From Octopus sinensis (taxonomy: Eukaryota), in assembly GCF_006345805.1 (NCBI RefSeq), contig NC_043008.1:59582001-59646000 (forward strand): a stretch of 64,000 bases of DNA. The letters run 5' to 3'. This document shows, in pieces, positions 12,177 through 26,300 of this stretch. A program made the position numbers and the translations under genes. Within the stretch, counting starts at the first letter, position 1, and each line of letters starts with the position of its first letter. The notes under the pieces are model-generated. The model ran no database searches. It was not told the origin of the DNA and saw nothing but the letters and a program-made list of their open reading frames with translations.

Positions 12177-12787
12177 CATGTTATTATGGTTGTCGTTTTG
12201 ATAAATAAATAAGTCGACATTTTAATATACTAAAGCTGATGAACCAACTAATGTGCTTCTCCATTTTCTTATTTGTTATATATATATATATAATATAATA
12301 TTATATATATATATATATATATTTACTATTATAGCTATTCAATAGTATGAAGTCATGGGTAATTGACTAAAAACCCTGTTTTGCAACCCAGGAACACAAG
12401 TTCAATCCAACATTGTCTATTAACTAAGTCAACTGTCTTTTATATAGTTTCAGATCAATCCAAGTCTTGGGAATGAGTTTTGAGTAGGTGGAAACTGTGA
12501 TGAATCTCATCAGATTAATTGCACTTGTAATGGTAAAACCCAGCAATGTTGATCTGGCCTGTACAATGTGCTCACACCTATAGAATGGTCAGCATGTTTA
12601 CAAGGTAATTCATTCAGTAGGTCATCCAACTGATTGAATAACTCATAGAATTGAATTCAATGTTAGAGGCTATCTTTGTATATTTGTTCCTATATTATAT
12701 ATATTCTTTAATTTGTTTCAGTCATTTGACTGCAGCCATGCAGGAGCACTGCCTTTAAATTTCAATATATATATATATATATCATAG

Positions 12788-13111
12788 AAGCACTCTGTCA
12801 GTTACGACGACAAGGGTCCCAGGTGATACGATCAACGGAACAGCTTGCTCGTGAAATTAAGTTGCAAGTGGCTGAGCATTCCGCAGACACGTGTACCCTT
12901 AACGTAGTTCTCAGGGAGATTCAACGTGACACAGAGTGTGACATGGCTGGCCCTTTTTTGAAATACAGGTACTACTTATTCTTGCAAGCTGAATGGACTG
13001 GAGCAATGTGAAATAAAGTGTCTTGCTCAAGGACATTATGCATTGCCAGGAATTGAACTCACGACGTTACGATCATGAGCCGAATGCCCTAACCACTAAG
13101 CCATGCATCCT

Positions 13112-13112
<1 letters not shown>
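12788..13112 (-). mobile_element. tRNA-headed SINE, family 4, near full length
   Basis: Near-identical organisation to 31795-32112; head ggcttagtggttagggcattcggctc..gagttcaattcc, then gtccttgagcaagacactt. Confidence 0.85.
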
Positions 13113-13159
<47 letters not shown>

Positions 13160-13259
13160 CATATATGACAAAGGAACAGGAGTTGTGTATTCACTTTCAT
13201 TAGCAAACAGCTGTTTCTGGTATAAGAAACTTTGCAATGTATACGTACACATACGCATA

Positions 13260-13314
<55 letters not shown>

Positions 13315-14219
13315 TTGATAATCTTTAAAAATCCTTTGATCATAAACACTAAAAGATCAGAAGGAATACTCGGTATCTTTTCAACTTTTGACTACTTTCT
13401 TCGTTTATTAATGGATAAATTATGTACACCACTCCAGACACTTTCTACCTACCTACCTACCTACATACCCACACACACAAATATATATATTTAAAATGAT
13501 ATAATATTATAATATACATACATTCATACACTGATTTGTATTTATCCTATTTTTCTACCAAACCCCACTACACACACACACATGTATGTATGTTTATTAA
13601 ATATATTTATCTATATATGTATATAATTATTTATAGTATATTTATGGATTTAAATAATACATCATTCATTGCAACGCTAAATTATATTTTCAATCTTCGG
13701 AACAAGGCTTGCAATTTTGAACGGAGATGGAGATCAATCAATTATATTAACCCTAGTATTTGCCTGTAAAACTAAATAATATCACATAAAACTTTAATCT
13801 TGAAACAACTGTTAAATATTATTAATCCATTAACCTCTTAATCTCTATAAACTATATATTCTTGATTTCTATAGATAGACCTAAAATTACGTCTTCTGTA
13901 TTGCCCATGCCGGTGGCACGTAAAAGCACCCACTACACTCTTGGAGTGGTTGGCTTTAGAAAGGGCATCCAGCTGTAGAAACTCTGCCAGATCAAGATTG
14001 GAGCCTGGTGCAGCCAACTGGTTCACCAGCCCTCAGTCAAATCGTCCAACCCATGCTAGCATGGAAAACAGACATTAAACAATGATGATGATGTATTTTA
14101 TTTTGCAAGATTCCTGATGTGAAATCGTTTGTTCAGTTATACTTGGGCATGGCTATATTTTGCCAAAACCCATGCACTATATAGTCTTCACTTCAGCTTT
14201 ATTATTATTATTATTGTTG

Positions 14220-14525
14220 AAGTGGAGGCTCATGGCCTAGTGGTTAGAGCAGCCAACTTGCGGTCGAGGGATCGTGGGTTCGAATCTCAGACAGGGTGAT
14301 GTGTGTGTTTATGAGCAAAACACCTAAGCTTCATGTAGCTCCAGCAGAAGGTAATGGCGAACTTCTGCTGACTCTTTCACCACAACTTTCTCTCACTCTT
14401 TCCTCCTGCATCTTGCAGCTCACCTGTGACGGACCGATGTCCTGTCCAGGTGGGGAACCTATATGCCAAGGAAACCGAGAAACCGGCCCTATGAGCCCAG
14501 CGTGACTCAAGAAGGAACAAACATT
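14220..14525 (+). mobile_element. tRNA-headed SINE, family 5 (V-SINE-like motif)
   Basis: Head tggcctagtggttagagc..ggttcgaatc; homologous to 49084-49386, which carries ctgcgatggactggcatcccatccag, recalled from V-type SINEs but not verified. Confidence 0.75.
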
Positions 14526-16250
14526 AATGTTGAAAAGTGAGTGAATGTCGGAAGAATGGCCAGTGTGAAAGGACCAATGCTGAGTGTGCACCTGTAAACA
14601 AAAGAAGGGCTCTTGCCTTGTTGTTCAGGCACCTGTGACTTTTGTAGGTTTTTCATGAGGTCCTTAATGCGCCTCCCCTATTGGGAGTTTTAAATTGCTT
14701 AATTACAATTGTTATTATATTGTTTACACATTGTAAAACCCGTTGTATCGTCCTGTTTTTGTCTTTTATGTACTATGTGTTTTAATGTAATTTTATGTAA
14801 GCCCTTGTGGCCAATAAACAAATTATTATTATAATTATTTTAGTTTCTTTGTCAAAGCTCTTTCATCACACATCCTGACAAAGAAACTAAAATAATAAAA
14901 ATAATAATAATAATTAAGCTTATTTAAGACCTACTATCTAAGGTATGTATTTAATAGACAAAATATGACCATTCACAAGCATAAAAATAAAAATAATCCT
15001 AAAATTCTTATTCATAAATATTTTGGTTAGACGGTTATTTTTATTTATTTTTTTGCTTTGTCATTTGTACATTTTTATATTGTTGGAGAAAATGTTGTTT
15101 GTTTCTACACCTTCAACGCCTTTTCTTCAACCATGAAACTAGAATTGGACATATTAATTCATTTATAAACACCAAAATAGATGATGCTAGTAAGGATTAA
15201 TATACATCAATTACTGAGGGTAGTGGGCTTACACATACTAACACAGAAAGAAGTAGCAAGGCTAAAATTTTAAACCTTATAGCTTGTGATCTACTAAACT
15301 GACCATACCATTGAAATTAACCAGTTTATTAACAACCCAGCTGAGACCACCACTAATTCTATGACACATAACTGTTTTAAAGTAATTAAAATTAAAATTT
15401 AAAATTTCATGTTAATTTATGTTCCAAATATCAGACATTAGTTATTTTACTAAATCCATTATTTTAAAAATTAAGGGAAATAAAAACAATGTACATCAGT
15501 AGAAGTATGGTAACAAGGGTGTTAAGCTATATTTTTCCATAAATATACACACAAACACACACACATATATATATATATGTATATATACAGAACACATGTC
15601 TACCCAAGTCATGATCAGCCAAGGGTGACACTAGAGTAGGATTTTTTAATAATAGATATACCTTCACCTCTCTACTGAGCATATTAAATTCAAAGTGTGT
15701 GTAACTAGATATGTGTGTGTGTGTAGATATTTACTATATATTGAACACACTGCATTTGATAAATAACTGTTCTTTATTTGTAGACAAACAATACTAACAA
15801 TGGTTTCATGCAGAATGAATTTCCACAATTTTCAAGCAATCCACTTAAATATGAAGGCAATTACCAGCATTTTTAAGAGGGTCACATGAAAATTGTAGAA
15901 ACTCTTACCACATGAAACCATTGGTAACATTGTTGATGCTTGCCTAGAAAACACAAGCTGGCTTGGCCAAAGCTCAAAACATTTTCAGATTATTTAAACT
16001 TTCATACTTCAAATAGTTCTACAAAATATTCTAAGATCGCTGTGCTTGTATTATGATAGAAAAAATATGCATTTTAGATATGTAACAATGTAACACAGGC
16101 ATCAGTTTCCTTGTAGAGTTTATATGGATGTGTGTGCGTACATATATATATATTAAAATTAGGGAACTTATTTCTGAGTCCACAGGAGAGAGAAGTTCGA
16201 TTTAGTACTAAAATGAATTACTCACTGTATTATATCCATATATATATATA

Positions 16251-16376
16251 GATAGGTTTAAGAGACAGAATCACCCTGAAGCAGCTCAATCACCATTGAA
16301 CGACATTATCCACGATAAGTACATATAGGACTAAATATTGATTTGCTTGAGGGTGATTCTGTCTCTTAAACTTATC
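16251..16376. mobile_element. 126-bp MITE with 33-bp TIRs inserted in (TA)n
   Basis: gataggtttaagagacagaatcaccctgaagca versus the reverse complement gataagtttaagagacagaatcaccctcaagca (2 mismatches); TA flanks suggest a Tc1/mariner-type MITE. Confidence 0.8.
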
Positions 16377-16783
16377 TATATATATACATATATATATAAA
16401 GATAGTATTGGAGATTTTATGCTTTATTTAAATCTATCAATAGTGCACAGTGCAAGAGGTTCTCTGGCACAGTGAAAGGAATACACTTAGCTTAACAACA
16501 CACACAGACATCTAGACATACATACACACACACACATATACATACACACATATACATACATACACCTATACATACATATATATATACATATACACATGCA
16601 CATATATATATTATAAATATGTATATATATACATATATACAAAACATACATGCATATATACATACACATATATATATATATGATACATAAAATTTAATTT
16701 AACCATGACTTTTAGATTAAAAAAAAATATTTTTTTAATTATTTTTTGTTACTTTTAATGTTATTAACCTTTTGTTTTTCCAG

Positions 16784-16938
16784 AGTATTCTATTGAATTG
16801 CTTTGCTATAAACAACAACTGAAATATCTAGATTTGTTGGACAACTTAAACAAAGTCACTATCTACAAAAAAAGAAAAACTACTTTTACTTCTAAAAAAT
16901 ACACAAAAATACAAACACATTTTCTTAAATCAAAATAA
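16784..16938 (+). CDS. Candidate terminal exon phase-compatible with 11988-12099
   Basis: Strong acceptor ccttttgtttttccag|AG. In phase 1 it reads (E)YSIELLCYKQQLKYLDLLDNLNK...KSK*. The last half is low-complexity and A-rich, so it may be chance. Confidence 0.2.
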
Positions 16939-18089
16939 ATTTAGAGTTAACCACTAAGAAATCTGAAGACGTTCATGAAACAATCTTTGGGGAGTTTTTT
17001 GCTTTTTTTTTTTCAATATTTGTGGAGGGGGTTAGGATTTTTATTTTGTTCTTTTTCAGGTTTTCTTTATTTCTTCCAAGGTTTTTGTTCGCTTTTTTTT
17101 TCTTTTCTTAAAGTTTGTTCTTTGAAATTTGTCGTCTTGCAAGTTATTGTAATAATAATCCATACCATGTTTCCATAGCCAAAGAGACTTAGCTGCCAGT
17201 TATATTAAAAGCACTTGGAGAAGAAGGGCTATTCTCCTGGACTATAGAGCAAGCTCCACTACAAAACAAACTGTTCTGTTCAGAGCCAATGCAAAACTGA
17301 ATTTGTAGGAATTGAAACGATAATAGGAAGTTATTAGTCTTCTTTGGTATTCAAATTTCACAATGGACAAGCAATGTTTTTAAAGTTTCAGTTTCTAGAA
17401 TTTTTTTTTCTTTCTCTGTTTTTACCTCTTTACTACAAACCAAAGAAAAATCAAAACTTAATCCCACACTTCTCCTGCCAGCTCAGTATGCTGGTATTTA
17501 AGAAATAGTCTAACAAAAATTCAAAAATAAAAACAAGTCAATATACGAATAGACTAAACATAAATATAACAGCATTGAATAAATTGATGATCTGAAAGCT
17601 AATTAATTAATTAATTACATCGTTAAACATAGACTAGCTAGTACTGAACATTATTACATTGATCAGTCATTACCGTATTTAACAACGGCTTTGCTAAACA
17701 GATACAGTGTACATGGGTGCATTTGTGTCAGTGTGCATGGCTTACATGTGTGTAACACGCGTGAACTGAGAATTGCATTTAGCTCTCCTAGGTTAAGCAT
17801 ACGATTCAAAACTAGTCACAAATATATTTAATTAATATTCACTACTTTGCCCTAGGCACTGGGTCAATTTCAGGAAGTTGAGGTATAACAATAGTCAAAT
17901 TGAATTGATGAATCTCTTACTAAAACTTGTACAATTAACACTAGCAGAGTGAACTTTTATCTGAGTACCATAAGTGATACAGTAAAGTGTTTTAATCAAG
18001 CATTCTACTGTCTTGGCCATCTCTACAATCTTTGTGTAAAATTATAGTGAAATTTTGGACAAGCTATCACTTGAAATATATACATACGT

Positions 18090-18104
18090 CTATCTATCTA
18101 TCTA

Positions 18105-18140
<36 letters not shown>

Positions 18141-18316
18141 CATATATATATAAACATACATACATACACAGATAGATAGATAGACAGATGGATAGATAGA
18201 TAGACAGATGGATAGATAGATGGATAGATAGATATATAGATGGATAGATAGATAATAGATAGATGGATAGATAGATATATAGATGGATAGATAGATAGAT
18301 AGATAATAGATAGATG

Positions 18317-18387
<71 letters not shown>

Positions 18388-18465
18388 GGATAGATAGATG
18401 GATAGATAGATGGATAGATAGATAATAGATAGATAGATAGGTAGATAGGTAGATAGACAGATAAT
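18090..18465. repeat. Long (GATA)n/(GATG) compound tetranucleotide microsatellite
   Basis: Direct inspection. Confidence 0.95.
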
Positions 18466-19339
18466 TATCTAGGCTGATAGGTTAAAGTACACTCATGTTA
18501 AAGCCTATATAAACGAGTACATCCATATTTTAAGCATGTTTGTAACTCTAAAAGCATTAAAGTCTACCAACTTCCCATGTATAGATGTAGAATTTTGAAA
18601 AACAAAAAAAAAACTTAAAATAAAAAATAAACAACAAAAAGAAACAAAATAATTCAATTTCTCTTTTTTTTTAATGTTTTCTTGGTACTTTGACAAAAAA
18701 AGGGGGATTTAAATAAAATGGAACAAAAAGACAGAAAAAAAAATTAAATTTTTTTTGTTTTTGCTCTTCGTTTTGTTTTTGTTTCACAAAAATTATCAGG
18801 TTGTTTCTTTATTTGTTGTTGTTGTTGTAGTTATTATTTGTAAATTCTTCAGTAAAAAAGAATTTTACCAACGTTCTTGTTTGTCGAATAAAAAAAAAAA
18901 AACAGAACAAACAAAAACAAACAAATCTAATCATCACAGCCAAGGTATTATGGATGGAAGCTGTGGAAATTTCGGATAAAAATGATGCAAAATACTTTAC
19001 AAGTAAATAAACTTGAAGTAAATTTTAAGAATGAAAACAAAAAAAATATATTTATATGTATGTAATATATAAATTGTGAAGGAAGAGTAAGATTTGTTTT
19101 GCTTTTGTTTTTGTTTTTTGTTGTTACTGATTTGTATTATTTTATTTTATTTTATTTTTTAATCAGACTTCCTCAACTTTGAAATAAATACTGCCTTTTT
19201 CTTCTTTTTCTTTTTCAGACATTTCAAAAACAAAATCCCACAAAAGAAAAAAAAAAAAATCAAATTTGAAAATACAAAAGAAATTCAAAGAAAAAAAAAT
19301 GACAGAGGAATAAAAATTAATCAAACAAGAATAAAAATT

Positions 19340-19362
19340 ATATGCATATATGCGTATGTATA

Positions 19363-19426
<64 letters not shown>

Positions 19427-19534
19427 TATGTATGTGTATATATATATATGCATATATATACATATGCATATATATACATATGTATGTGTGTATATATATG
19501 CATATATATACATATGCATATATATACATATGTG

Positions 19535-19594
<60 letters not shown>

Positions 19595-19645
19595 TAATAT
19601 ATATGTATATGTACATATATCTATATATATGCATATGTACACATA

Positions 19646-19687
<42 letters not shown>

Positions 19688-19745
19688 GATATATATATAA
19701 ATGCATAAGTATATATACATATAAGTACATAGATATATATGTGTA
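19340..19745. repeat. Long compound (TA)n/(TACA/TGCA) microsatellite
   Basis: Direct inspection; source of the overlapping 116-185 aa ORFs. Confidence 0.95.
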
Positions 19746-20069
19746 TATTTGTTATAACATTAGCATGCATTACAAACTTATGGCTGACAAAACATTGAAC
19801 TTTTTCTATATTTTTTTTTTTTAATTTTTAAAATTTTTTTGTAGACACAAAGACACAGTTATATATACCAGGGAGGAGGAGGAGGGGTGAGATTGTGTGA
19901 CTGAAGTCCAGGCCCTTTCTCCAAAAAAGGGGACATAATGTTGCGTAAGAGAAGTGACTTAGCTTCAACCGGGAAATGAAAATGAGTTCATGAACTCATT
20001 ATTGCTGAGAGCTTACTTTTACCTCTACTACGAAGCTTGTCACTAGGATACGACAGTTCATAATAATAA

Positions 20070-20335
20070 TAATAATAATAATAATGGTTTCAAATTTTGC
20101 CACAAGGACAGCCAACTTTTGTGGGGAGGGGGGATAAGTTGATTACATCAACCCCCCCAGTGCTCAACTGGTACCCCTATTTTATCAACTCCCAAAAGGA
20201 TGAAAAGCAATGTCGACCATGGCAGAATTTGAACTCGGACCCTAAAGACAGGTGAAATGCCACTATGCATTTTGCCTGGCATGCTAATGCTTCTCCCAGC
20301 TTGCCACATTTGTAGCAGTAGCAGTAGTAGTAGTA

Positions 20336-20367
<32 letters not shown>

Positions 20368-21569
20368 ATCCTTTCTAGTGGAGGCATAAAGCCTCAAATT
20401 TGGGGGTAGAGATTAAGTCGATTAGTTCGACTCCCAGTACACAAATGGTACTCAATTTATCGACCCCTCAAAGGTTGAAAGGCAAAGTTGAGCTTGGTGG
20501 AATTTGAACTCAGAACATAGCAGCAAACAAAATACTGCTAAGCATTTTGCCCAGCAAGCTAACGACTATGCCAGCTCGCCACCCTTGTTAATAATAATAA
20601 TAACAATAGTTTCTGATTTTGGTACAAGGCTAGCAATTTTTGCTCCCTACACTTGACTGGCACGTTATTGTATCAACCTCAGGGGAATAAAAACTAAACT
20701 TTACTTTGGCAAGATTTGAACACAGAACTAATGAATGCTGCAAAGTTTTTTTGCCTGATGCACTAATGATTCCGCCAGTTTGCCGCCTTCATAATAATAA
20801 TAATTAGAATAACAACAATGGTTTCTGATTCAGGCAGAGGCCAGAATTTTCAGCAGCGAGGATTGGGGAGGAACGGCTGACTATTTTGATCTCGGTGCTT
20901 GTCTACTGCTTTATCTAAATGACACCAGAAGGATGAAAAGCAAAATTCATCCTCGGCAGGACATGAACTCAGGATGTTTAAACGAGTTGGAACAAATAGT
21001 GCTCCAATGATTTTTGTCAACCCACCACCCTAATAATAACAATAATACTAATAACATTAAGACAAGAAACTTCAGCTTTATAGAAAGGAAATGTGAGATT
21101 GCAGCATTCATGCCTTTCCTAAACGGTTTGAAGACTCACTCGGTTCACCAAATGCTCACCACCACAGATGACTTTTGTTTTTTCCCTGCCGCATAAATAA
21201 TTTGGGGCATCAGCCTGATGCCCTACATATATTTTGAAGAAGAGAAAGCAGAAGGTGTGACAATAATGCCTTTCCCCGTTAACAGCAGTAGAATCAAATA
21301 CCGTACTGTACACTTCATTTGCCGAGAACTTACTGACACATCAGGACTCCCACTACAACAACAGTAACAATGATGATTTTAAATTTCGGCACAAGGCCAG
21401 CAATTTTAGGGGGGAAGGAGACAGTCGTTTACACTGAACCCCAGTACTTAACTGGTACTTTATTTTATAGACCCTGAACTCAGAACATAAAAGAGCCAGA
21501 CAAAATACTGCTGAGTATTTTGTCTGATGCTCAAATGATTCTGTTAGCTCACTGCCTTATATAAGAATA

Positions 21570-21615
<46 letters not shown>

Positions 21616-22700
21616 ATTTGACAAGGAACCATTACACAGATACGATACAAGGCTACAGATTTATAAAAGACGAACAGATTGCAACATTCATATAGTTACC
21701 AAGAAACATCAGTTGGGTAAGTGAAAATAGCTCCCATAATTAAAAATAATTGCTTCTAAATTAGGTATAAGGCCAGCAATTTTGAGTGGTTGGGGAGGAA
21801 CTAGTCAATAATATCGATCCTAGTATTTGACAGGTACTTTATCTTATTGGCCCTGAAGAGACGAAAGGCAAAGTTGGTGCCCAGCAGGAATTGAACTCAG
21901 AATGAAGAGCATTGGAAAAAAATAACCCAAAATATGTTGTGCAACACTTTAATGATTCTACTAGCTCACCACTATAATAATAATTCTGAAATCTTATGGG
22001 GAGGGGCTAGTCAATTACATCAACCCCAATGCTCAACTGGTACCTATTTCTTCGACCCCGAAACGATGAAAGGCAAAGTCAACCTGAGCAGATTTCAAAT
22101 TCAGAACGTAAAGACAGAAATCCCGCTAAGCAATTTTTGTCCCTCATGCTTATGATTCTGCCAGGTCAATGCCTCAATAATAATAATAATAATAATTTCA
22201 AATTTTTGCCACAAGGGCAGCTTGGGGGAGGTAGGGATGAATCGATTACATCGACCCCAGTGTTCAACTGGTACTTATTTTATCGACCCCGAAACGATGA
22301 ACGGCAAAGTCAACCTGAGCAGATTTCAAACTCAGAACGTAAAGACAGGCAAAGTCGACCTCGGCGCAATTAGAACTCAGAATGTAATGACAGACGAAAT
22401 GCCACTAAGCATTCGGCCCAGCATGCTAACGATTCTGCCAGCTCACCACCTTAATAATAACGATAATAATTAAAAAATTATAATTTCAAATTTTGGCACA
22501 AGGCCAGAAATTTCAGGGGTAGTGTAATAATAATAAGAATAATTAAAGTTGTTAGTAAATTAGGCACAAGGTGAGCAATTTCTGAAAGGAGTGGGTAAGT
22601 TAATAGTATCAACCCCAGTTTTTGACAGCTGCTTTATTTTATCAATCCCCAGATTAAAGTTCGGCGAGATCTGATTCTAGAACATAAAGATTATAAATCT
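20070..22700 (-). mobile_element. Head-to-tail array of about ten family 2 SINE copies separated by (AAT)n
   Basis: Repeated ggatgaaaggcaaagtcgac..gaatttgaactcag cores, all in the same orientation, starting near 20086, 20367, 20610, 20820, 21375, 21755, 21990, 22197, 22480 and 22535; two more lie at 23465 and 23775. Confidence 0.85.
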
Positions 22701-23346
22701 TGCCTACAACAATAAACAAATATTTACTTCTTACATTTTAAAAGGCCATTTTTACATTTCGAAATTGTAAATTTAAAAACAAAAAAAAAAAAAATTTTTT
22801 CAAACATAATGGAAAAGAAAAACTATTAATTTGTTAAAAAAAAAAAAGAATTTCTTTTTCAAAAGTGATTTAAAAAGGTAATTTTTAAAAAAAGAGTGAG
22901 TGTGGCCAGATCTAGCACCAGACCCACAACCCATTAAGATGGGTAACAATTTATGTCATCGAAAAACAAATTTTAAAAGAAAAAAAAAAATGGCTAAAGA
23001 AAGAAGATATGAAAGGTATTATGGGAGAATAGTAAGCTTTAAGTTTCACTTACCCAACATCATGTCACTCAGATATTTTTTACAGAAATGCATTACAAGG
23101 GATGCACAAAGCCTTTTTTTTGTTTTTGTTTTTTTGTACATATTTCATGTTTGTTTAGGAGATTTTGGGTAGGGTTTGGAAGAGGGGGAATACTTGTAGA
23201 ACAAAAATATTTATAAAGAGAAAGGGATGTACAGTGGAGTATAGGTTGTTTAGTTGGTGACTTAAGATTAGATATTCACATATTTAGAAACACAGACACA
23301 GGAAGGTATGTATATATATACATATATACATCCACACTAATACGCA

Positions 23347-23390
<44 letters not shown>

Positions 23391-26300
23391 CACACACACA
23401 TATCTCAATTGTGAGTGAACAAAGTAGATTAAAATTATCAATTACACTAAATAATAATAATAATAATCCTTTCTATTAAAGGCACAAGTCCTGAAATTTG
23501 TGGAGAGGGGACTAGTCGATTCCATCGGCCCCAGTACTTGACTGGTTCTTATTTTATCAACCATGAAAGGTAAAGTCAACCTTGGTGGTATTTGAACTCA
23601 GAATGTGAAGTTGAAACATTAAAAATATATTTTTTTTTACTGCACATACACAGCATTTGCAGAGAAGAATTTTAACCCCTAATTATTACTGTTACATATT
23701 TCATGGACAGTCCCCAACATCAAGACATGAATAAAAGATGGTGCTGGGCTTGCTGAAAGGGCTCCAATAATTCTTAATAATTATTTCTATTACAGGCGCA
23801 AAGCCTAAAAAATTTGTAGGGGGCTACCAGTCATTTACACTGACCCCAATGCTCAACTGGTACTTGTTTTATTGACCTCTGAAAGGATGAAAGGCAAAGT
23901 CGACCCCGGTGTCATTTGAACTCAGAATGGAAAACTGGAAGAAATGCTACTAAGCATTTACTCCAGTGTCCTAACACTTCTGCCATCTCACTGCCTTGAC
24001 TAGTTCTTAATAATAAAAATATTTTTACTTGCGCACCTGAATAAAGTGCAAATTTGTGAAGGAGCAGAGAGGTAGATATAATCAGTTGAATTAATCCGTG
24101 TGTATTACTGGTATATATTTTAGTGACCTTTGAATGTGTGAAAAGGCAAAAATTTTCTCATAGACAAGAAATGATTTAAGTTTACTTCAGCAATTTTTTT
24201 CCTTTTTTTTTCAAGTTGGAAGAAGCTAAACTAAATACAAAAATGCATTTAGTACGGTATGTTTTGGTCTTGGACATTTACACAACCTAATAATAATAAT
24301 AATAATAATAATTATAATAATAATTAATAGTAATAATAATAACAACAGCAACAACAAAATTACCAGCCATCACATTAACATGCAAAGCAATTTGTGAATA
24401 TCTATCCTTTAAGAGTCACACCATATCAAGAAAAACATTTTTATATTTGAAAAAAAAAAAAAATACAAAAATCTGGCAAAGAAAATTTTAAAAAAAGGAC
24501 CAAACACAGGAAGACAATTTGATTTAAAAAAAAAAAAGAAGAGGGGCAGGGATAGAAAAAAAATATTAAAAGTATGAAAAAAATATAATTTTAGCTGTTA
24601 GAGTTTTAAAAACTATACAGTTGGCATTTAGTCTCTTGTGCAACAAGTTGGAAACTCTTCGACAAATGGCCATTTGGCTTCTTATTAAAAGCGCTCAACA
24701 CAGATTAATAGTAGGAGTGGTTAATACTATCGAGTAAACCAATAATCTATTTTCAGGTGTCACCCTTGATTTCACTTGCTTGCTTTTTTTGATCAATCTC
24801 TCTCGCTTTCTTTCTCTCTCTCTCACTCTTTCTCTCTCGCTCGCTCTCTCTATCTATCTATCTCACATGCTGGTCACAGTTTATCTTCCCTCGGAATTCC
24901 TCAACAACACTTTATTTTTGACTTTTCACAATACTCCCGAACAATGATGTAGAGATGGCTGGATGCAGTTTTTTGGTGGCTGCCTGCTTTGCAATTTTTA
25001 ACCCTCTTAAAGCTGCCCTGTCGTTTCACAGCAGCTAGGGAGCAAGGGGGAGGAGAAATAAATTGATAATAAAAGGTTACGATAAGGGACTAAACACCAA
25101 AACAATAAGAGGCAATGAATGAACACGAGATTGGAGGCTTGTTCATTCCTAATTATACATATTGTATGTATATACACAAACACTCACACATATATACATG
25201 CACACACATGTATATATATATATATATATAAATATATACATATATATATATGTATATATACACACACATACACACATGTGTATATATATACATATATATA
25301 TACACACATACACACACATATATATACATACATATATGAAAGGAGGGAAGAAAGACACAAAAACAAACTAAAGATCTTTTGGAACTGCCTCTTATTGTAG
25401 TGTATTTAATTCAGTCAGATTTAAAGACTAGCACCCATAATACGATGAACAAAGCAGAATTTAAAGTAGTATTCAAGTTCATTATTTGTTTTAAAAATGT
25501 TTATATATATATATCACATCATTTCTACTGCCAGTCGATATAGCAGCTTCTCTTTCAATGGAAAAAAAAAATGCTTCTTTTTTTTTTAAACAAGACAGAA
25601 AACAAAAAAAAATGTTTACATCTGTGTCAGTGTGTTTGTATGTATGTGTGTATATAAATATATATGTATGTGTGGATGTGTGGGTTTTTGTTAGTTTTTA
25701 ACAGTGGTCATCTCAGCTGTTTAATCAACTGAAATGCTTGAGTACTCTGCAGACATAGGGTCAAAGAAGCTTGAAGTGGAATTGTCTCAGAATTCCCATG
25801 ATTGCAAAGTGAACTCTTCTTAGCCACTTGGTTATGCATGCATCTATAATACATACATATATATATAACATATATATATAACATATATATATATACATAT
25901 ATATATACACACATACATACACACAGACACATATATATGAAAATAAAAATAATCGAAAAGAATTAGCAACTCAAAACATAGACAAGTAAACAACAGACAT
26001 TTGGTTAACACACACACACACACATATATATATTACATATAGCTAAATTAATATACGGATAAATTAGGTTACTCAGTGGAAGAAATTGATAAAGTTGGTT
26101 CTCCAAAAATAGGTATGAATTTAGTAACTCTTCAAAATGGTAACAGTTTTGTTGGACATGTTTTGGGAAAAGTATAAGAAAAGCAAATTCCGCAATAAAT
26201 GTGTAATTTCACTTTAATTGACCCCTGAAATAACTTTTACTTTTAATGGTTTATAGTAGGGATTTAGTTAAATGGCCACAATAATAATGTAATGTACCTG

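Noticed and set aside
25011-25036. Small bulged hairpin agctgc-cc-tgt-cgtttc-aca-gcagct
   Set aside because: Only 9 bp and does not match IRE, SECIS or histone stem-loop patterns; expected by chance.
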